From contig NC_057731.1 in NCBI RefSeq assembly GCF_004010195.1, positions 13,044,145-13,108,144 on the forward strand: 64,000 bases of DNA. The letters are read 5' to 3'. The notes beneath the pieces were generated by a model. The model did no database searches, was not told the origin of the DNA, and saw only the letters and a list, made by a program, of their open reading frames with translations. The DNA comes from Chiloscyllium plagiosum. Its lineage: Eukaryota. Position 1 is the stretch's first letter; every line of letters starts with the position of its first letter. A program made the translations under genes and the position numbers. Below are positions 1 through 13,210 of the stretch, piece after piece.

Positions 1-350
1 CGGCGGAGGCGGAGGAATTGTGAATATGGGATGGCATTTTTGCAAGAGGTAGGGTGGGAAGGGGTGTAATCCAGGTAGCTGTGGGAGTCGGTTGATTTGT
101 AAAAAAATGTTGGTGTCAAGTCGGTCATCATTAATGGGGATGGAGAGGTCCAGGAAGGGGAGGGAGGTGTCAGAGATGGTCCAGGTAAATTTAAGGTCAG
201 GGTGGAATGTGTTGGTGAAGTTGATGAATTGCTCAACCTCCTCGCGGGAGCACGAGGTGGCGCCAATGCAGTCATCAATGTAGCGGAGGAAGAGGTGGGG
301 AGTGGTGCCGGTGTAATTACGGAAGATCAACTGCTCTACGTAGCCATCAA
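1..350 (-). mobile_element. Penelope-like element (PLE) reverse transcriptase fragment
   Basis: Reverse complement of ~262-295 reads LFLRYIDDCIG (RT YxDD motif of PLE type), followed by helix/thumb-like coding sequence running off the window start. Confidence 0.8.
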
Positions 351-357
351 GGAGACA

Positions 358-440
358 GGCTTTTGCCCGAAACGTCGATTTCGAAGCTCCTTGGATGCTG
401 CCTGAACTGCTGTGTTCTTCCAGCACCACTAATCCAGAAG
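358..440 (+). mobile_element. PLE terminal-repeat (pLTR) fragment, inverted relative to the RT
   Basis: gcccgaaacgtcgatt...ggatgctgcctgaactgctgtgttcttccagcaccac, the same family as copies at 10.2, 16.8, 38.1, 41.3 and 49.0 kb. Confidence 0.75.
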
Positions 441-1321
441 ATCCATCTTGTACCTTGAGTTCACTATCCTTGTTCCCAATACCACAAAGCTCTTGGCTTT
501 TCTCATCAGCCTTGACTCCCCTTCCCCTTTGTCAGTGATCCCTCTGCTCCCTCAACAGCACCCCTCCCTGCTCCATCTTTCACAATCATTGGATGGACCT
601 CCAGTAAAGTAGAGCCCCCAAATCACTGACTGTCTTTGATGAGCAGCCCTTAGAGGTGGCTAAGCACACCCCTGACTGCTGTGTCTGTCCCTGAATGGTG
701 ACATGTGATTCCCCTAATTGCTGCTGCCTCTCCGGGAATGATCATCGCTCATCTTTGGGCTGTAGTCAGTCAAGTTCCCTGATTGTGAATGTACAAAGTG
801 GATTACTGATTGTGGTCAGTTCCATGTGTGGACTATGCCCACGGTTGGAGTTACCTCCAAGATTGCCTTCACTGGCCCGAGGACAAGGCCCTACATATTT
901 TCTGACATGGCAAATGGGTTGAAAACATATTCACTGGGTTTGCCCCGCAGGCATGTGGCACATGCTGTAGGTGTTAGACTGACTGGTGACCCCTCCTAGA
1001 CTGGCAACCAATCAGTTTTGCATGACTGGCATGGAGAGATCATGTCTGGAGTGAGGCACAGCCTAACTCAGTGTGTATTCCTGGAACTTTGGAAAATAAA
1101 GGAATTGACCTTGTTACTCTTTTCTTTCTGCTTTTTATTTTTTAATCTATATCCAGAGGTGCTCTTACAAGAACTGTTTTTTTATAAGTTTCATGTCCGA
1201 TACTCCAGGTACAAGATGAGAAAAGTAACTGCTTCAACTGACTGTGAGACATTTATCAGTCAATCACACAAAAGCTGAATGAGCCACAGTCAGTGGTGTT
1301 TTTTTTTAATCTCCTATGACA

Positions 1322-3345
1322 TAGATGTTGCTAGCTGAGCCATCACTGGTTGTCCTTGAGAAGGTGGTGGTGAGCTGCCTTCTTGAACCGCTGCAGTCCA
1401 CATGCTGTAGGGAAAGCTACAATACCATTAGAGAGGGAATTCCAGGATTTTAACCCAGTGACAGTGAAGGAACAGCAATATATTCCAAAGTCAGGATAGT
1501 GAATGGCTTGGAGGGGACCTTGTAGGTAGCGATGTTCCCATATAGGGCGGCACGGTGGCACAGTGGTTAGCACTGCTGCCTCACAGCACCAGAGACCCGG
1601 GTTCAATTCCCGCCTCAGGTGACTGACTGTGTGGAGTTTGCACGTTCTCCCCGTGTCTGCGTGGGTTTCCTCCAGGTGCTCCGGTTTCCTCCCGCAGTCC
1701 AAAGATGTGCAGGTCAGCTGAATTGGCCATGCTAAATTGCCCGTAGTATTAGGTAAGGGGTAAATGTAGGGGTATGGGTGGGTTGCGCTGCGGCGGGTCG
1801 GTGTGGACTTGTTGGGCCGAAGGGCCTGTTTCCACACTGTAATCTAATATCGTTTGCCCTTGTCCTTCTGGATGGAAATGGTGATTGGTTTGGATTTTTA
1901 GTGCATTTATACAGTGATATCGTAGAATGTACACACCGCTGCTACTGAGTGTTGATAATGGAGGGAGTGGATGTTTGTGAATGTGATGCCAATCAAGTGG
2001 GCTGTTTTGTCCTGGATGGTGTCAGGCTTCTTGAGTGTTGTTGGGGCTGCACCCATCAGGCTAAGTGTGGAGTATTCCATCACACTCCTGACTGGTGCCT
2101 TGTAGATGGTGGACAAGCTTTGGGGATTCAGAGAATGAGGTATGTGCTACAATATTCCTAGTCTCTGACCTGCTCTGGCAGCCAGTGTTTATGTGGAGTT
2201 TTTGGTCAGTGGTAATGCTCAGGATGTCAATATTGGGGGATTCAGTGATGATAACACCACTGGGTGTCAAATGATGGTGGTTAGATTGTCTTTTATTGGA
2301 GGCGGTCATTGCCTGCCATTCGTGTGGTGCACATTTTACTTGTTACGCGATAGCTCAAACCTGGATATTGTCCAGATCTTGTTGAGTTTGAACATTGACT
2401 GCTTCAGTACTTGAGGAGTTGCGAATGGTGCTGAACATGGTGCAATCATCGGTGAACATTCCCACTTCTGACCTTATGATGGAGGAAAGGTCAGTGATGA
2501 AGCAGCTGAAGATGGTTCAGAACTAAGACACTTACCTGAAGAATTCCTGCAGAGCTATCCTGGAGTTGAGATGACAGACCTCCAACCACCACAACCAACT
2601 CCCTCTGGGCCATTTATGACTCCAACCAGCAGAGAGTTTGTCCCTGAAACCTGTTTCTTATTTGCTAGGTCACACTCAGTTGAATGCAGCCTTGATGTCA
2701 AAGGCTGTCACTCTCCCCTCCCCTCTGGAATTCAGCTTCTTATCCATGTTTGAACCAAGGCTATAATGAGGTCAGGAGCTGAGTGGCTCTGGCGGAATCC
2801 AAACTGGGTGATGACCAGGTTATTGCTGAGCAGCTGCTGCTTGATAGCACCTTCCATCTGAGGATAGAGTGTAGATTAATGGTGTGGAAATTGGCTGAGT
2901 TGGTTTTGTCCTGCTTTTTGTGTTCAGGACTATATGGGCAATTTTGCACATTGTCGAGTAGATGCCTTTGTTGTAACTGTACTGGAACAGCTTGGCTAGG
3001 GGAGCAACAAATTCTGTAGCACAAGTCTTCAGTGCCGTTGCCGGAATGTTGTCAGGGCCCATAGCCTCTGCAGTATCCAGTGCCTCCAACCATTTTCTTT
3101 ATATCACTTGGAGTGAATTGAATTGTCTGAAGATTGGCATCTGAGGTGTTGGAGACCACAGGATGGGGCCAAGATAGATCATCCACTTGGCACTTCTGGC
3201 TGAACATTGTTGTAAATGCTTCAGCCCTATCTTTTGTACTGATGTGTTGGGCACATCCATCATTGGGGATGTTTGTGGAGCCTCCTCCTCCAGTGAGTTG
3301 TTTAATTGTCCTCCATCATTCATGCCTGGATGTGGCAGGGCTACA
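1322..3345 (-). mobile_element. Degenerate CR1/L2-group LINE (family B), 3' part of ORF2 plus 3' UTR
   Basis: Minus-strand ORFs GPDNIPATALKTCATEFVAPLAKLFQYSYN, STIYKAPVRSVMEYS..APTTLKKPDTIQDK and KSWNSL..FKKAAHHHLLK; frameshifted; interrupted by a SINE. Confidence 0.85.
1544..1847 (+). mobile_element. HE1-type tRNA-derived SINE
   Basis: tRNA-like head with A box (tggcacagtggtt) and B box (gggttcaattcc), core gatgtgcaggtc..aattggccatgctaaattgcc, CR1-like tail gggccgaagggcctgtttcc, ends in taatctaat. Confidence 0.92.
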
Positions 3346-3939
3346 GAGCTTAGATTCTCAAAACAAGAAGCCTTTTAGAGCCAGTCGTCAGGGAGACAAG
3401 CCTTTGAGAAGCCCTACCAACAGCTCAGGGAAGAAATCTAAATTGAGTATCCAAAAACAGCGAAATATTAGAGACCTAAAGTAGGCATGATTCCTTAATG
3501 GAACGAGGCTAGAAAGTTCAGTGCACATTAAAAAAAACTTTGGCTAAGTAATACAATTAAAATTTCCAAAACACTGAGTTAAAAAATCCTGAATTATTAA
3601 TTAGTGAAATGTTAACAACAGTATGTTAAATACAATTCTTCAGGTACAAGCTTAAAGAAATTTGATGTCAAAAAAAGAAATCATGAATACAACTCATTAT
3701 TGTTATTCAAAGCATTAAAGCTCTTACAGTGAAGTTAGTGATGCTTTTTATTATTTTGATGGTTTTAAGTGACAAATTCAATGTTTCAATCAATAACTAA
3801 TTAGGTTTGTGGTATCCATCTTTGATATAATCAAAATAACATTCCATTCATATTGAATAAAACCACTTTGAGAAAGTTATTACCCACAGATCTTTGGAAG
3901 TCCTTCAACCATCTCAGAAAATGAAGATCTTCATACATC

Positions 3940-5303
3940 TGAGGTGTTGGAAATTCTGGAAAGGGTGAAAATAGATAAGTCCCCTGGGTCTGATGGCATT
4001 TATCCTAGGATTCTCTGGGAAGCAAGGGAGGAGATTGCAGAGCCATTGGCTTTGATTTTTATGTCCTCGTTGTCTACAGGAGTAGTGCCAGAAGACTGGA
4101 GGCTAGCAAATATGGTTCCCTTGTTCAAGAAGGGGAGTAGGGATAACCCTAGTAACTATAGGCCGGTGAGTCTCACTTCTGTTGTGGGCAAAGTCTTGGA
4201 GAGAATTGTAAGGGATAGGATTTATGAACATCTATATAGGAATAATGTGATCAAGGATAGTCAGCACGATTTTGTGAAGGGCAGGTCGTGCCTCACAAAC
4301 CTTATTGAATCCTTTGAGAAGGTGACTAAGGAGGTGGACGAAGGGAAAGCGGTAGATGTGGTGTATATGCATTTTAGTAAGGCGTTTGATAAAGTTCCCC
4401 ATGGTAGACTACTGCAAAAAACACGGAGGTATGGCATTGAGGGTGAGTTGGAAGTTTGGATTAGGAATTGGCTGGCTGGAAGAAGACAAATGGTAGTAGT
4501 TGATGATAAAGGTTCATCTTGGAGTGCAGTTACTAGCGGTGTTCCGCAAGGATCTGTTTTGGGACCATTGCAAGATGGGGTTCTGGGCTAATGGTCGGAT
4601 ACTTGGTAGTGTGGATGAGCAGAGGGATCATGGTGTCCATGTACACAAGTCTTTGAAAGTTGCCACCCAGGTAAATAGTGTGGTGAAGAAGGCATATGGC
4701 GTACTGGCTTTTATTGGTAGAGGAATTGAGTTCTGGAGTACTGAGGTCATGTTGCAGTTGTATAAGACTCTGGTGCGGCTGCATCTGGAGTATTGTGTGC
4801 AGTTTTGGTCGCCATACTATAGGAAGGTTGTGGAGGCACTGGAACGGGTGCAGAGGATGTTTACCAGGATGTTGCCTGGTATGGTAGAAAGGTCGTATGA
4901 GGAAAGGCTGAGGCACTTGGGGTTGTTTTCAATGGTGTAAAGAAGGTTTAGGGGTGACTTGATAGAGGTGTATAAGATGATTAGGGGTTTAGATAGGGTC
5001 GATAGTGAGAATCTTTTTCCACGTATGGAGTCAGCTATTACAAGGGGTCATAGCTTTAAATTAAGGGGTGGTAGGTATAGGACAGGTGTTAGTGGTAGAT
5101 TCTTTACTCGGATAGTCGTGAGTTCATGGAATGCCCTGGCAGTAGCAGTGGTGGACTCTCCCTCTTTATGAGCATTTAAGCGGGCATTGGATAGGCATAT
5201 GGAGGATAGTGGGCTAGTGTAGGTTAGGTGGGCTTGGATCGGCACAACATCGAGGGCCAAAGGGCCTGTACTGCGCTGTATTCTTCTATGTTCTATGTTC
5301 TAT
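3940..5303 (+). mobile_element. CR1-clade LINE (HER1-like), 5'-truncated, internally deleted
   Basis: ORF 3944-4591 has KSPGSDGIYPRIL, NYRPVSLTS, FSKAFDKVPH and SGVPQGSVLGP; the ADD motif is deleted near 4570; downstream LEYCVQFWSPY..LERVQR; (TTCTATG)n tail. Confidence 0.95.
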
Positions 5304-5729
5304 CTCGATGAAGAAGACAAATTAGCTTTCTATTCTCGGTTCTCCACTCTTTGGATGACACAGGGCCCAAACACAAGTACATAAACACACAGAAAATGTA
5401 GATAAACCATTACCTATTGTAACTGTAAGTCAGTGCCTGCTATACCATGTATCTTAGCATTTAGCATTAAGTTATAATAAATAGAGTTACTTTGAAGCCT
5501 AGGCCTGAAGATGGTCCTTGGCCTTGCCTTCTCCTTGACCTGTCTGTCTTGAACCCACCACGTAATGTGGCTTCAGACTTCATGATAAAAGAATCACTTC
5601 TCTTATGTTCATAGAGTTTGGCATTTAAGTTTGAGCAGATTTCTATTCTGTGTAACAATTGCCAACATCTACTGTACTTAATGAGCTTATCAAGATTTTT
5701 CTTGTCTGTTTCTTTAATTTTCCGTCTGA

Positions 5730-5935
5730 GTATTGTGGCTTTCCTTGAGGATGTGGTGGTGAATAAACTTCTTTATCTGCTGCAGTCCATGTGGTACACC
5801 CACAGTGCTGTTAAGAAGGGTTTGCCCCAGTGACAGTGAAGGGACAACAATGCAGTTCTGAATCAGGGTGGTGTGTGGCCTGGGAGAATGGAACCTGCAG
5901 GTGGTGTTGTTTCCCATGTAACCGCTACCCTTGCA
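5730..5935 (-). mobile_element. LINE family B 3' fragment
   Basis: Similar to 1345-1540 (ccttgaggatgtggtggtga..ctgcagtccat..cagtgacagtgaagg). Confidence 0.65.
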
Positions 5936-6399
5936 AAAAAGCAGAATATTTATTGAAAGATGTGAAACTTATGAATAGTAATTTTTACTTATTATTCATA
6001 CTTATCTTACTTATAAAAAGCTTGTGGGTACTCATTCAAGGTGCACAACAGATTTACGTGGAGTTATACTTTGGTTAAATTAGCAATATAGATGGCATGT
6101 TAGTGTCTATTGAAAGTACATCTAGAGTACTGTGTGCAGTTATGTTCTCCATATTTAAGAAAGGATATAATTATGTTGACGGCAATAATACCATTTCAAT
6201 TATACTGCCTGTCCTCGTGTTTCTGCCAATGCACAGTCACTTTGCACTGATCCACAGTGAGGTATGCCTGCTGTGTGTCCATTCATATCACAGAGCAAAA
6301 TTTTCAGTTCAAGCAATTTGTTAAGTAGGATTCAGCTCACTTGGTCTCCCATGGTTCAGTATGACTTTCCTCACCTAATCTTCCATCCTTCACCTTAAC

Positions 6400-7260
6400 A
6401 ATTATACAGCTGGGATCCTTGGCAGCCTTCATCTGGAGTCACATGACAGGAGCGGTGGAAGTGCTGGCCACTTCCTGTCAGCGCCGGCCACTTCCTGTCA
6501 ACGCCACATTTAATGTCCTTCTTCCCCATCACTTCAGACACTACAAGCAAAGAACACTCGCTGTGCTGCTCCACTGTTAACACTGAGGACATGGCCCAGA
6601 ATGGAGAGTTTGTACCCCAATTTGTGAACAGGGCCATGGAGATGCTGATGGATTGGGTGGTGAGGAGGACAGCAGTCCTTTAACCAGCTGATCACCACCA
6701 GGGAGGCTATGCCATGGAAATAGCTAGCCTGGACCCATACAGCAGTACAGGTCAGTAAAGGAAACACAGACCAAGATGCCCAATATTGCAGAAGGAAGGT
6801 CAATAATGTTCTGTGCTCTGCAGAGCACGTGACTATATCTTCTCTGTTACCTCACACTCACAGGAGGATTACTCAGTTTCACTTTGCCAGTGCACTCATG
6901 GATGGGAGCTCTGTATGTATCATCTCTACTCAATAGCTCTCATCCTCCCAGACTACTAGCCCCTCCTGCCCTCTGTGCCTCCCGGAGATAGCTCACCATC
7001 TCTCCTGCTCCTCCATCACCTCCATTCGTTTCCATTATGGTAAATTCCTCCTTTTGTTTCTTGGCAGTAAAAAGTGGGCAATGATGGCAGAATGGTGTTA
7101 GGCAAGAGGCTCCTCACTCTTTATAATGAAAACATTTTAGAATTGGCCAGAGAACAGCACAACTGCCCATATGGGGACGATAGACCTTAGTGCTCAACCA
7201 GCCGTGTAAACTCCACTGTGCCTGTTCTTTGCTGCTCACCAAGTGACCCCAGCCACAGCA
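6400..7260 (+). mobile_element. Degenerate Harbinger/PIF-associated Myb/SANT-like gene remnant
   Basis: From 6591: MAQNGEFVPQFVNRAMEMLMDWVVRR...YCRRKVNN resembles the Myb/SANT pattern F..xLE.L...V......QCRKKxN; broken frames. Confidence 0.45.
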
Positions 7261-7304
7261 ATGTCCATGTGAGACGTGTGAGCAGATAAGAGACTCACAG
7301 ACAT

Positions 7305-7795
7305 TTACAAAATAGAAGAAGTACGTTCAGCTCATGTTGATCAACAAAGATCCAATTACACTAATCACATTTTCCAACTCCTTGTGCAAAGTCTTGGAGG
7401 CTATGGCAATGCAAGTGAATACCTAGATATTGCTTAAATGTTATCAGAGTTTCTGACTTTCAGGCAGTGCATTCCAGCCTCCCACATTCCAGTCTCCCAC
7501 CATCCTCTTCTCAACTCCTCTTGTTATTTTTTACCCTAAATCTAGGTCCCTTGGTATTGACTGTTTAATATTGGGAAAATGAATTCCTATCCATCCTAAC
7601 TATGCCCCTCATAATCCTGTAATGTCTATTAGGTTCCTTTTCAACCTTTACTGCTGCAAGAAAAACAGTCCCGCCTTTCCAATCGTTCCTCATAGCTCAG
7701 ATCCTGCAACCAAAGCCGCATCATGATTAGCCTCCTCTGCACCCTCTCTAATGCAATCACATCAGCCCAATAACATGGTGACCAGACTACATGCA
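7305..7795 (-). mobile_element. Old CR1 LINE 3' fragment
   Basis: Degenerate reverse complement of the CR1 3' end (cccctcataat, ctctgcaccctctcta, gaccagactaca). Confidence 0.6.
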
Positions 7796-7829
7796 GGTTG
7801 AATCAGTCCTTCTTTCCTAGTTTCTACCT

Positions 7830-8793
7830 AACGCACTAACATCTGCTTGCAGGATTTCATTTCACTTTTTTCCTATGTCATTGGCAATTCTGCAGTCTTC
7901 TGACAGCACCCACATAATTCCAAGGGTAATTGAAGCATTGTGATCAATGTTGACTTTATCTCGACGCTAGTTTTGCTCACAAACCCAAGATATGTTCCAT
8001 CTCCTCTGCCCTGAAGCTTTTCAGCCACGTTCTGAAACAGACTCGTTACCACAGCCACATCTCCTTCCTCAGCACCTGCCTACGGAACCGACTGACCCCA
8101 CACGGACTCCGGACTACGTTCAGACCAACACAATTTGGACCCAACCAGGACAACCAGTATCTACAACAAATCCGAAGCCCCCAGCAACAGACCCCCCTCC
8201 GGATCCTCCGCTCCACGCTCGCAGCCATGCGCCGCTACCTACATTCCCTGCAGTCAGCCCTGCCCCAGCTCAGGACAACACACTCCCAGACCTGCAAAGG
8301 ACCTTTGTTGTTCTTCATCCTCAGAAGAATTCATACACTGAACAAATGTTTTTTCCTAGCTATATCTAACATCAAGGAAAGTAAGTACAAAAACTTTCAT
8401 GTACTCATCCCCACACTCTGGATTCCTTGACCGTTCCTGAACCATCTGGCGACCTACGCAACCGCTCGGGTGCCATTGCCCACGTGGCTGCTGCAGCCAC
8501 CACCACCGTGGCGAACGGTGACATCACTTCCGCCCCCACTACCGCACAGCCAACAGCCACCACCAACCATGCAGCCTCTGCGATCACCGCCCAGACAACC
8601 GCCTTCACGATCGCCAGGAAGACCATCGCTGACAGATATGTGGCCGCCGCGGGATCCACGAATACCGGGACCAGCGCCGTTTCTGTCCGGCGCGCCACTT
8701 CCATCCCCGGAGCTGCTATCGCCGCAGCCACTTCCGCACCCAGTGACGTCACTCACCTGCTCAAGGACCACACCACATCGATCTCTGCCCCCA
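7830..8793 (+). mobile_element. PLE ORF N-terminal region running into the gap
   Basis: Degenerate coding sequence (CLRNRLTP.GL..TF.P..FG; FFLAISNIKESKYK) followed by an Ala/Thr-rich linker, as seen upstream of RT in fish/shark PLEs; inference from family resemblance. Confidence 0.5.
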
Positions 8794-9544
8794 NNNNNNN
8801 NNNNNNNNNNNNNNNNNNNNNNNNNNNNNNNNNNNNNNNNNNNNNNNNNNNNNNNNNNNNNNNNNNNNNNNNNNNNNNNNNNNNNNNNNNNNNNNNNNNN
8901 NNNNNNNNNNNNNNNNNNNNNNNNNNNNNNNNNNNNNNNNNNNNNNNNNNNNNNNNNNNNNNNNNNNNNNNNNNNNNNNNNNNNNNNNNNNNNNNNNNNN
9001 NNNNNNNNNNNNNNNNNNNNNNNNNNNNNNNNNNNNNNNNNNNNNNNNNNNNNNNNNNNNNNNNNNNNNNNNNNNNNNNNNNNNNNNNNNNNNNNNNNNN
9101 NNNNNNNNNNNNNNNNNNNNNNNNNNNNNNNNNNNNNNNNNNNNNNNNNNNNNNNNNNNNNNNNNNNNNNNNNNNNNNNNNNNNNNNNNNNNNNNNNNNN
9201 NNNNNNNNNNNNNNNNNNNNNNNNNNNNNNNNNNNNNNNNNNNNNNNNNNNNNNNNNNNNNNNNNNNNNNNNNNNNNNNNNNNNNNNNNNNNNNNNNNNN
9301 NNNNNNNNNNNNNNNNNNNNNNNNNNNNNNNNNNNNNNNNNNNNNNNNNNNNNNNNNNNNNNNNNNNNNNNNNNNNNNNNNNNNNNNNNNNNNNNNNNNN
9401 NNNNNNNNNNNNNNNNNNNNNNNNNNNNNNNNNNNNNNNNNNNNNNNNNNNNNNNNNNNNNNNNNNNNNNNNNNNNNNNNNNNNNNNNNNNNNNNNNNNN
9501 NNNNNNNNNNNNNNNNNNNNNNNNNNNNNNNNNNNNNNNNNNNN
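8794..9544. other. Assembly gap (751 N)
   Basis: Run of n. Confidence 1.
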
Positions 9545-10290
9545 ATGCCCGAAACATCGATTCTCCTGCTCCTTGGATGCTGTCTGACCTGCTGTGCTTT
9601 TCCAGCAACACATTTTCAGCCCACACCTCCCCACTTCCCTCCAAGGCCCCAAGGGATCCTTCCATATCCACCACAAATTCACCGGCACCTCCATGTACAT
9701 CATTTGCTGCATCCGCTGCACACGATGTGGTCTCCTCTACATTGGGGAGATAGGCCGCCTACTTGCGGAATGTTTCAGGGAACACCTTTGGGACACCCGC
9801 ACCAACCAACCCAATCGTCCCATGGCTGAACACTTTAACTCCCCCTCCCACTCCGCCAAGGACATGTAGGTCCTTGGCCTCCTCCATCACCAGACACTGA
9901 CCATACGACGCCTGGAGGAAGAGCGCCTCATCTTCCACCTAGGAACCCTCCAACCACACGGGATGAATGTAGATTTCTCCAGCTTCCTCATTTCCCCTCC
10001 CCCCACCTTTTCTCAGTCCCAACCCCCGGATTCAGCACCGCCCTCTTGACCTGCAAGCTTCTTCCCGACCTCTCCGCTCCCACGCCCTCTCCGGCCTATC
10101 ACCTTCATCCTCACCTCCTTCCACTGTCGTATTCCTAGTGCCCCTCCCCCAAATCCCCTCCCTTTTATCTCAGCTCGCTTGGCACACCAGCCTCATTCCT
10201 GAAGAAGGCCTTATGCCCGAAACTTCGATTCTCCTGCTCCTCGGATGCTGCCTGGCCTGCTGTGTTTTTCCAGCATCACATTTTTCAACT
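9545..10290 (+). mobile_element. PLE 3' end: GIY-YIG endonuclease plus pLTR with hammerhead core
   Basis: ORF 9594-9869 has YIICCIRCTRCGLLYIGEIGRLLAECFREH..AEHFNSPSHS, then RLEEERLIFHLGTLQPHGMNVDF; pLTR contains ctgaagaaggccttatgcccgaaac at ~10199-10223. Confidence 0.9.
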
Positions 10291-10359
10291 ATTTTCCATC
10301 AAGACCAGGAGTCATGTTAACCTTTGGTGATGCCAGAATCCTTAATACCTTCTTATATT

Positions 10360-11696
10360 GTTACGCCTCACTAGGGTAGCATGCTGGAAACTATTTCACG
10401 ACCCATCACAAAATGTTCAAAATTTTATCAAAGTCCACAATTATCTGTTTGACACCATGAGGTGAAGAGAAAACACAGACCAGCTTTCTGTATTTAATAT
10501 GGACTGCTATTTATTGTAAATAAGTGGATTCTAGCACATTATGAATGATGATTATGAACTATTGACATATAACTCTACTAGTTAAGATTATAAAACCTCT
10601 TTAAAACAACAAAAACACACATACAGACAAAAAAAGGATGTAGGAGGGAAAAATCCCAGGGAAAATGGTCCAATAGTACCAGTCCTCAGATGGAAGGGTT
10701 CCTTTTGTTTCCTAATCTTGCGGCTCTCAAGGTTTCGCCTTTGGGGTCTTTAATTTCTTCACAGGAGGCACAGAGCAATTGGTTCACAACTTGTAAAGTC
10801 TCTGACTTGTTCATTAAAAGCAATAGCTTTCTGCAGCTGGTAGGAGAAAACAATTGGCTTTCTTTAACCTCTGGAGAGAGAAACATTACGAATTGGGTTT
10901 TATTATTATGTGCACTCGAGTACAGTGAAAAGTCCACAAAGTTGCCATCTCAGGTTCCAAAATTGAATTTTAAAAGAAAACCATCTACAATTCAAAATCC
11001 AGAATTAAGAAAAAAAGCCAAGAACAGAAATACAATAAAAAAAAGCCTTGAGTTTTATCCCACTCCCTCCAAGGGCCCTTGGAACCCACTCCCTGTGTCT
11101 GTCACTGCTGCTGCGGAAACCTGGCACATGCCATCCCCCCCATTCTGCTCTCCCCTCGCTGCTGTAAAATGCAAGAAGTAAAAGAAAATGAGTAAAAGAG
11201 AAAGAAAAACGAAAGACAGAAGCTGATGAGACAGGGCTCAACAGTCCAACTGCTGTGCTGCTACTCTGTCCCCCTCATGCCACCTTCACTGCCAGAAGTT
11301 GGCAGCTTTCTTGCTGTAACGTTAACACCCACAAACTGTTCAACTACCCAGGAGCCAATCAGAGTGTTGTCATCAGGCTGATGACCTTTGGCATCCATGA
11401 TCGGTCATAATTGTATAAATCAATTAGCTATTTGTTGCCAGCCAATCCTCACCTTGTAAACATGTCTCCAATACCATGACATCTCTTTACACCTTCTCCC
11501 AAACAGTTTCAATATTCCTTGGAATGAAGTAACTTACTTCTTATAAGTATAGCAATTCCTTTCTTAGTCCATTGTTGTAAAACAGAGCTTTTCCCAATTC
11601 AGTCTGCAATGAGAAGTAAAATAAGCAGATACATTCTTTACAATGTATGTATTCATTCTATTTGAAATTCTACTCCCCAGCGTTTTCACTGTAACA
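10360..11696 (-). mobile_element. Possible solo LTR
   Basis: Bounded by tgttac...gtaaca inverted termini, AT-rich, AATAAA on the minus strand; no convincing TSD. Confidence 0.3.
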
Positions 11697-11836
11697 TAAG
11701 TGTTATCTCCTTCTTTTGCAAGGATAAATGCAATATTCAGTACCTCAGCCACGTCCTCTACAAACAGCGGGTGGTGGGGGGGCTCCTTCTGAGTACCTGG
11801 GGCAACAGTGGCACTGAGAATCAAGGCTTTGGGGAA

Positions 11837-11921
11837 GGAGATAAGACCGCCTAATGGAGATAAGACCACCTTATGGAATAAGACCACCTTGTGGAGGTAA
11901 GTCTACCTTATGGAGATTAGG
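11837..11921. repeat. Degenerate ~19-bp tandem repeat, about 4.5 copies
   Basis: Unit ggagataagaccaccttat. Confidence 0.8.
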
Positions 11922-12249
11922 CTTTTGGCTCTGGATGCTTCTCCCATTATTCTTTGGAGCTACTTAGAGCGTTCACACAATAGGTGTGGAGATAATGCTA
12001 CATGATTAGTCTGCTCCTGCTCTTTCCAATGTATGAAGTATGCAAAGTCTCTACTAATTTGCACAGTTTTTACCTGCAACTCATCCTAAATATGGTCTTG
12101 AGCAGCTGCGAACTTTGAGGTTTGTGAAAGGTTAGCACCATTTTAAGTGAGCTGACGTCATTTAATGAGGAGGCAGTCTGTCAGGAAATAGGCGCTGGAA
12201 TTACTGGCAACTGCAGAGGGCAGTACACAGTAACAAGAGAAAGTATGTA

Positions 12250-12445
12250 AGTTCTCTGATACTTCACTGGAGGTCTCAGTGGAGGAGGTGGAGAGGAGCT
12301 GAGATATGATCTGTCTACATGAAATCCCATGGAAAACCTTGCATCGATAGTGGGGCCAGAAAGCACAGGCCATCAATGCCAATCGTCCACCTCGAGGAAC
12401 CTGGATTTGATGCTGCAAAATGTTCAATGATATCGTAGGAGTGGT
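12250..12445 (+). mobile_element. Harbinger Myb/SANT-like gene remnant
   Basis: Reads FSDTSLEVSVEEVERS*...AQAINAN...RGTWI*CCKMFNDI (with stops and frameshift), matching the FSD..LE.L..EV / RTW.QC.KKFND pattern. Confidence 0.6.
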
Positions 12446-12849
12446 ACGGTCACTGAATGTATTTTTCATATACCAGAATGTTCCAATTGTACTGCTAGCC
12501 TTCCACACATGGTTCAATGCATCCCATTGTCAACAGTCATCTACCAGTCTCAATCAGTTATGAATCAAAATCAATATTTAAAGCAGTTCCTCACCTTCAC
12601 CCAGTAGCACTGCTACAATCCCTGGATTCATATCTCATGCTTGCAATTCAACTTTGACAATTGTGCTCCCAAACAGGTTGTACCATTCTACTTGACTGAT
12701 TTACCTCTCCCATTTTTGGATAATTACTTGCACTGCAAGACCTAACTGGCTCAACTGCTGGCATCTATCTGATTGGAAGTGACAGTGCTCACCAACAGTA
12801 GTAAGGCTCTGACTGAGGTTGTGACTAGTGGCAGAGCTGAACTTAGTAA

Positions 12850-13210
12850 AATGGGAAATGTTACAGATATCACCTATTCAAAACTGCCAGAAGTCTGACA
12901 CCTTCTTGACTTGTTCTGAAATGTAGGTCCGACAGGAAGAGCATTTCAGTGAGGATACCTTACTGAAGCACAGACATCTGATACACTGTGCCTCATTGAG
13001 AATTGTTCCCTGAACACTCTGGGTGTGTACGTTCTCCTGAGTGCCCCTTTCCCCACCTTTTTCCTCCCCCTTCTAGCAGCCTGTCCTGCTCTGTCACCTC
13101 TCTGCTTGCTCCTTGCCATGCTGCAATCTTTGCCAAATGCATACCAGTGGGCCCAAAGATGGGAGCTGTCCAGAATCATTGAAGAAAAGACAGCGTTCTT
13201 CAACATTGTG
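12850..13210 (-). mobile_element. Harbinger (HARBI1-like) transposase N-terminal remnant
   Basis: ORF 12946-13206 contains ALRRTYTPRVFREQFS, followed by degenerate C.(R)LRF/EIC-like sequence. Confidence 0.55.

Noticed and set aside
1544-1615. tRNA-like sequences at SINE heads (10+ copies)
   Set aside because: They continue into the HE1 SINE core and tail; not stand-alone tRNA genes.
3944-4591. 215-aa RT ORF as a possibly active LINE or host gene
   Set aside because: 5'-truncated, catalytic ADD region deleted, downstream frames broken.
8427-9753. Long ORFs of 322-427 aa (and 177-205 aa at 14142-14814)
   Set aside because: Artefacts of translating through N-gaps.
10690-11181. 163-aa ORF
   Set aside because: No recognisable domain; inside a probable LTR-like repeat.
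11837-11921. Short regularly spaced repeats superficially like a CRISPR array
   Set aside because: Contiguous minisatellite with no spacers, in vertebrate DNA with no cas genes.
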